UHGV virus genome: UHGV-0110190
Origin: a virus
Direction: 5' to 3' (one strand)
Length of the DNA: 44,149 bases
The position numbers were made by a program, and so were the translations under genes. Below are positions 42,622 through 44,149 of the stretch, in pieces. The notes beneath the pieces were generated by a model, which was given only the letters and a program-made list of their open reading frames with translations, did no database searches and had not been told where the DNA came from. The stretch's first letter is position 1. Each line of letters opens with the position of its first letter.

Positions 42622-44149
42622 ATGGCTTTACATGCGTGGCCCACAGTCACGGATCGAAATGTGGCACAGCCGTCACGCGTTCGTCTCTCCACCGCGCCAG
42701 AAGCGGGGGCTGACATTTACGATGTTACGCCTATTCCTGGTACCGTCGTGAACGAGGGCACTTTGATCAACCAAGCCCTTTTCGCCTCCGAAAAGGCGTA
42801 CATCGACGAACATGACATTCCGTTGGTAACTTCAACTGGCAATGGAGCCTCGTATGCGGTAACCGTGCCAGCTTGGTCTGGCTTGACACTAGCTGAAATG
42901 AACGGTAAGGTGTTGGCGGTCAACTTCAACGTTACGAGCACCACCAGCTCTCCTGTATTGGCGGTCAACGGCTTGACTCCCAAGACTATCACGGTACTCG
43001 GTGGAGCCACCACCACCCAGATAGCTACCTTCCCGACAAACCACTTTATCAGCGCAAACAGAGTTTCCCTGTTGAAATTCGACGTGAACGCTGATGTATT
43101 TTACATTATAAGCGCTGCTTCACGTCCTTACGGTGACAGTTTCGTATATTCCCCGTGGGCTATCACCGCAGGAGGCACAGGGGCTAACACCGCTGCCGGT
43201 GCTCGCGCCAACCTCGTAGTGCCGCAGTACACAACTAAGAACTCGTATGCCTCTCTGAACACGCCAGCTGGGGCTGAAACTACATGGTGGCGCATGGGCT
43301 CTACCGCCTCGACCGCATCGGGTATTCTTCCATGTGTCGCTGATGCCACTAACGGTTGGGGCTATTTGGGTACGTCTGATAACCCGTGGGCCGTTATTCA
43401 TGCCAAAAAGCTTAACGGAGCCCTCGCTGCAAGCGGAATCACAGGGGTGATTCCAGTTTCAAGCGGCGGTACCGGTGCTAACACCGCCCCTCTCGCTGCC
43501 AATTCCATGCAGCTTAAAGGTCTTGGCAACGGTTATGCGGTTATGCCCGATGGCTCTGATCTTAATACTTTCACCAAGCCTGGTAATTACGGTTGCGCGC
43601 TTGATGTTAGTGCTAGAACTATTTTGAACACTCCCAAAAGTCCTGCACAAGCATTCAACCTTACGGTGGAAAGCAGTTTGCAAGCAACTAGAGGTCTCTA
43701 CTATTTGCGTCAAACGTACAAAGAATGGCGCTATCCCGGCACTGACGGTTCTGGCATGCAGGACGCTGCTACCTACATGCGCGTTACGTCAAATGGCGGA
43801 ACCACATGGGGGCCGTGGCGAGTAGTTTCTACACCCATGTACGCAACGACCTACTCTCCCGGTTTCGTCAAGATCGACGGAAGCACGATCACCATCGACT
43901 CCAATGGTGTTATCAGCGCTGTCGGCGGCGGTGGCAGTGGAAGCGGCTACGTCCTTCCTCCGGCTTCCGCAACCACTCTGGGCGGTGTCAAGGTCGGTTC
44001 AGGACTCTCGGTCACAGCCGACGGTACCCTGTCTGCTACAAGCGGTGGAAGCGGCTACGTCCTTCCCCCTGCTTCTGCATCTACGCTCGGTGGCATCAAA
44101 GTCGGTTCTAATCTGAGTATCACAGCAGACGGAGTTTTGTCTGCCACTG
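42622..44149 (+). CDS. Tail fibre/receptor-binding protein, N-terminal part (591 aa in total with 1-248); absent from the ORF track because it runs off the end
   Basis: AGGAG SD; I translated it stop-free to the end of the window. Contains GGTGANTA motifs, a pyocin-knob-like DLNTFTKPGNY...YMR...WGPW segment and LPPASxxTLGGVKVG repeats. Confidence 0.88.
   Translation, partial: MALHAWPTVTDRNVAQPSRVRLSTAPEAGADIYDVTPIPGTVVNEGTLINQALFASEKAYIDEHDIPLVTSTGNGASYAVTVPAWSGLTLAEMNGKVLAVNFNVTSTTSSPVLAVNGLTPKTITVLGGATTTQIATFPTNHFISANRVSLLKFDVNADVFYIISAASRPYGDSFVYSPWAITAGGTGANTAAGARANLVVPQYTTKNSYASLNTPAGAETTWWRMGSTASTASGILPCVADATNGWGYLGTSDNPWAVIHAKKLNGALAASGITGVIPVSSGGTGANTAPLAANSMQLKGLGNGYAVMPDGSDLNTFTKPGNYGCALDVSARTILNTPKSPAQAFNLTVESSLQATRGLYYLRQTYKEWRYPGTDGSGMQDAATYMRVTSNGGTTWGPWRVVSTPMYATTYSPGFVKIDGSTITIDSNGVISAVGGGGSGSGYVLPPASATTLGGVKVGSGLSVTADGTLSATSGGSGYVLPPASASTLGGIKVGSNLSITADGVLSAT

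Larger units (their letters stand above)
1..44149. mobile_element. Complete (circularly permuted) tailed dsDNA bacteriophage genome, siphovirus-like, probably virulent
   Basis: Replication, packaging, head, tail and lysis modules are all present. The tail-fibre reading frame joins across the end/start of the window. No host housekeeping genes, integrase or repressor seen. Confidence 0.93.

Noticed and set aside
42622..44149. Diversity-generating retroelement or invertible tail-fibre cassette
   Set aside because: No reverse transcriptase, no adenine-specific TR/VR pair and no site-specific recombinase found.
1..44149. Stop-codon reassignment
   Set aside because: TAA, TAG and TGA all end well-defined genes, long genes are intact in the standard code, and no suppressor tRNA is present.

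Overview
The window looks like a complete, circularly permuted ~44.1-kb genome of a tailed dsDNA phage with a siphovirus-type tail. The tail-fibre ORF runs off the right end (42622-44149) and continues in frame into bases 1-248. The left arm (minus strand, ~1.6-19.3 kb) holds early and replication genes: SSB-like, YqaJ exonuclease, ERF-like annealase, family-B DNA polymerase, prim-pol/SF3 helicase, MazG-like, DUF3310, SNF2 helicase, VRR-NUC, a Zn-ribbon amidoligase and many small acidic or membrane ORFs. It also carries a repeat-rich putative origin (17.4-18.1 kb). A repeat-flanked divergent intergenic region (19.3-19.9 kb) is a candidate genome terminus. The right arm (plus strand) carries an AT-rich PAPS-reductase-family gene, a methyltransferase relic, terS, two tRNAs (Gln-UUG, atypical Tyr-GUA), thyX, a split class III ribonucleotide reductase, holin, CHAP endolysin, terL, a metallophosphoesterase, portal, scaffold, capsid, neck, tail, tape measure and tail-tip genes. 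I found no integrase or repressor, so the phage is probably virulent. The host is inferred to be an anaerobic Gram-positive bacterium. The most notable feature is NrdD with its glycyl-radical motif (RITGYL) on a separate 47-aa gene, missed by the ORF track. An unknown 102-aa gene is coupled between the two parts and there is no nrdG. Also notable are SD-sequestering 5' leaders on terS and nrdD, an overlapping bidirectional promoter in front of the lysis/packaging operon, and a nested inverted-repeat/iteron locus. All family assignments come from motif recognition by eye; no database searches were run.
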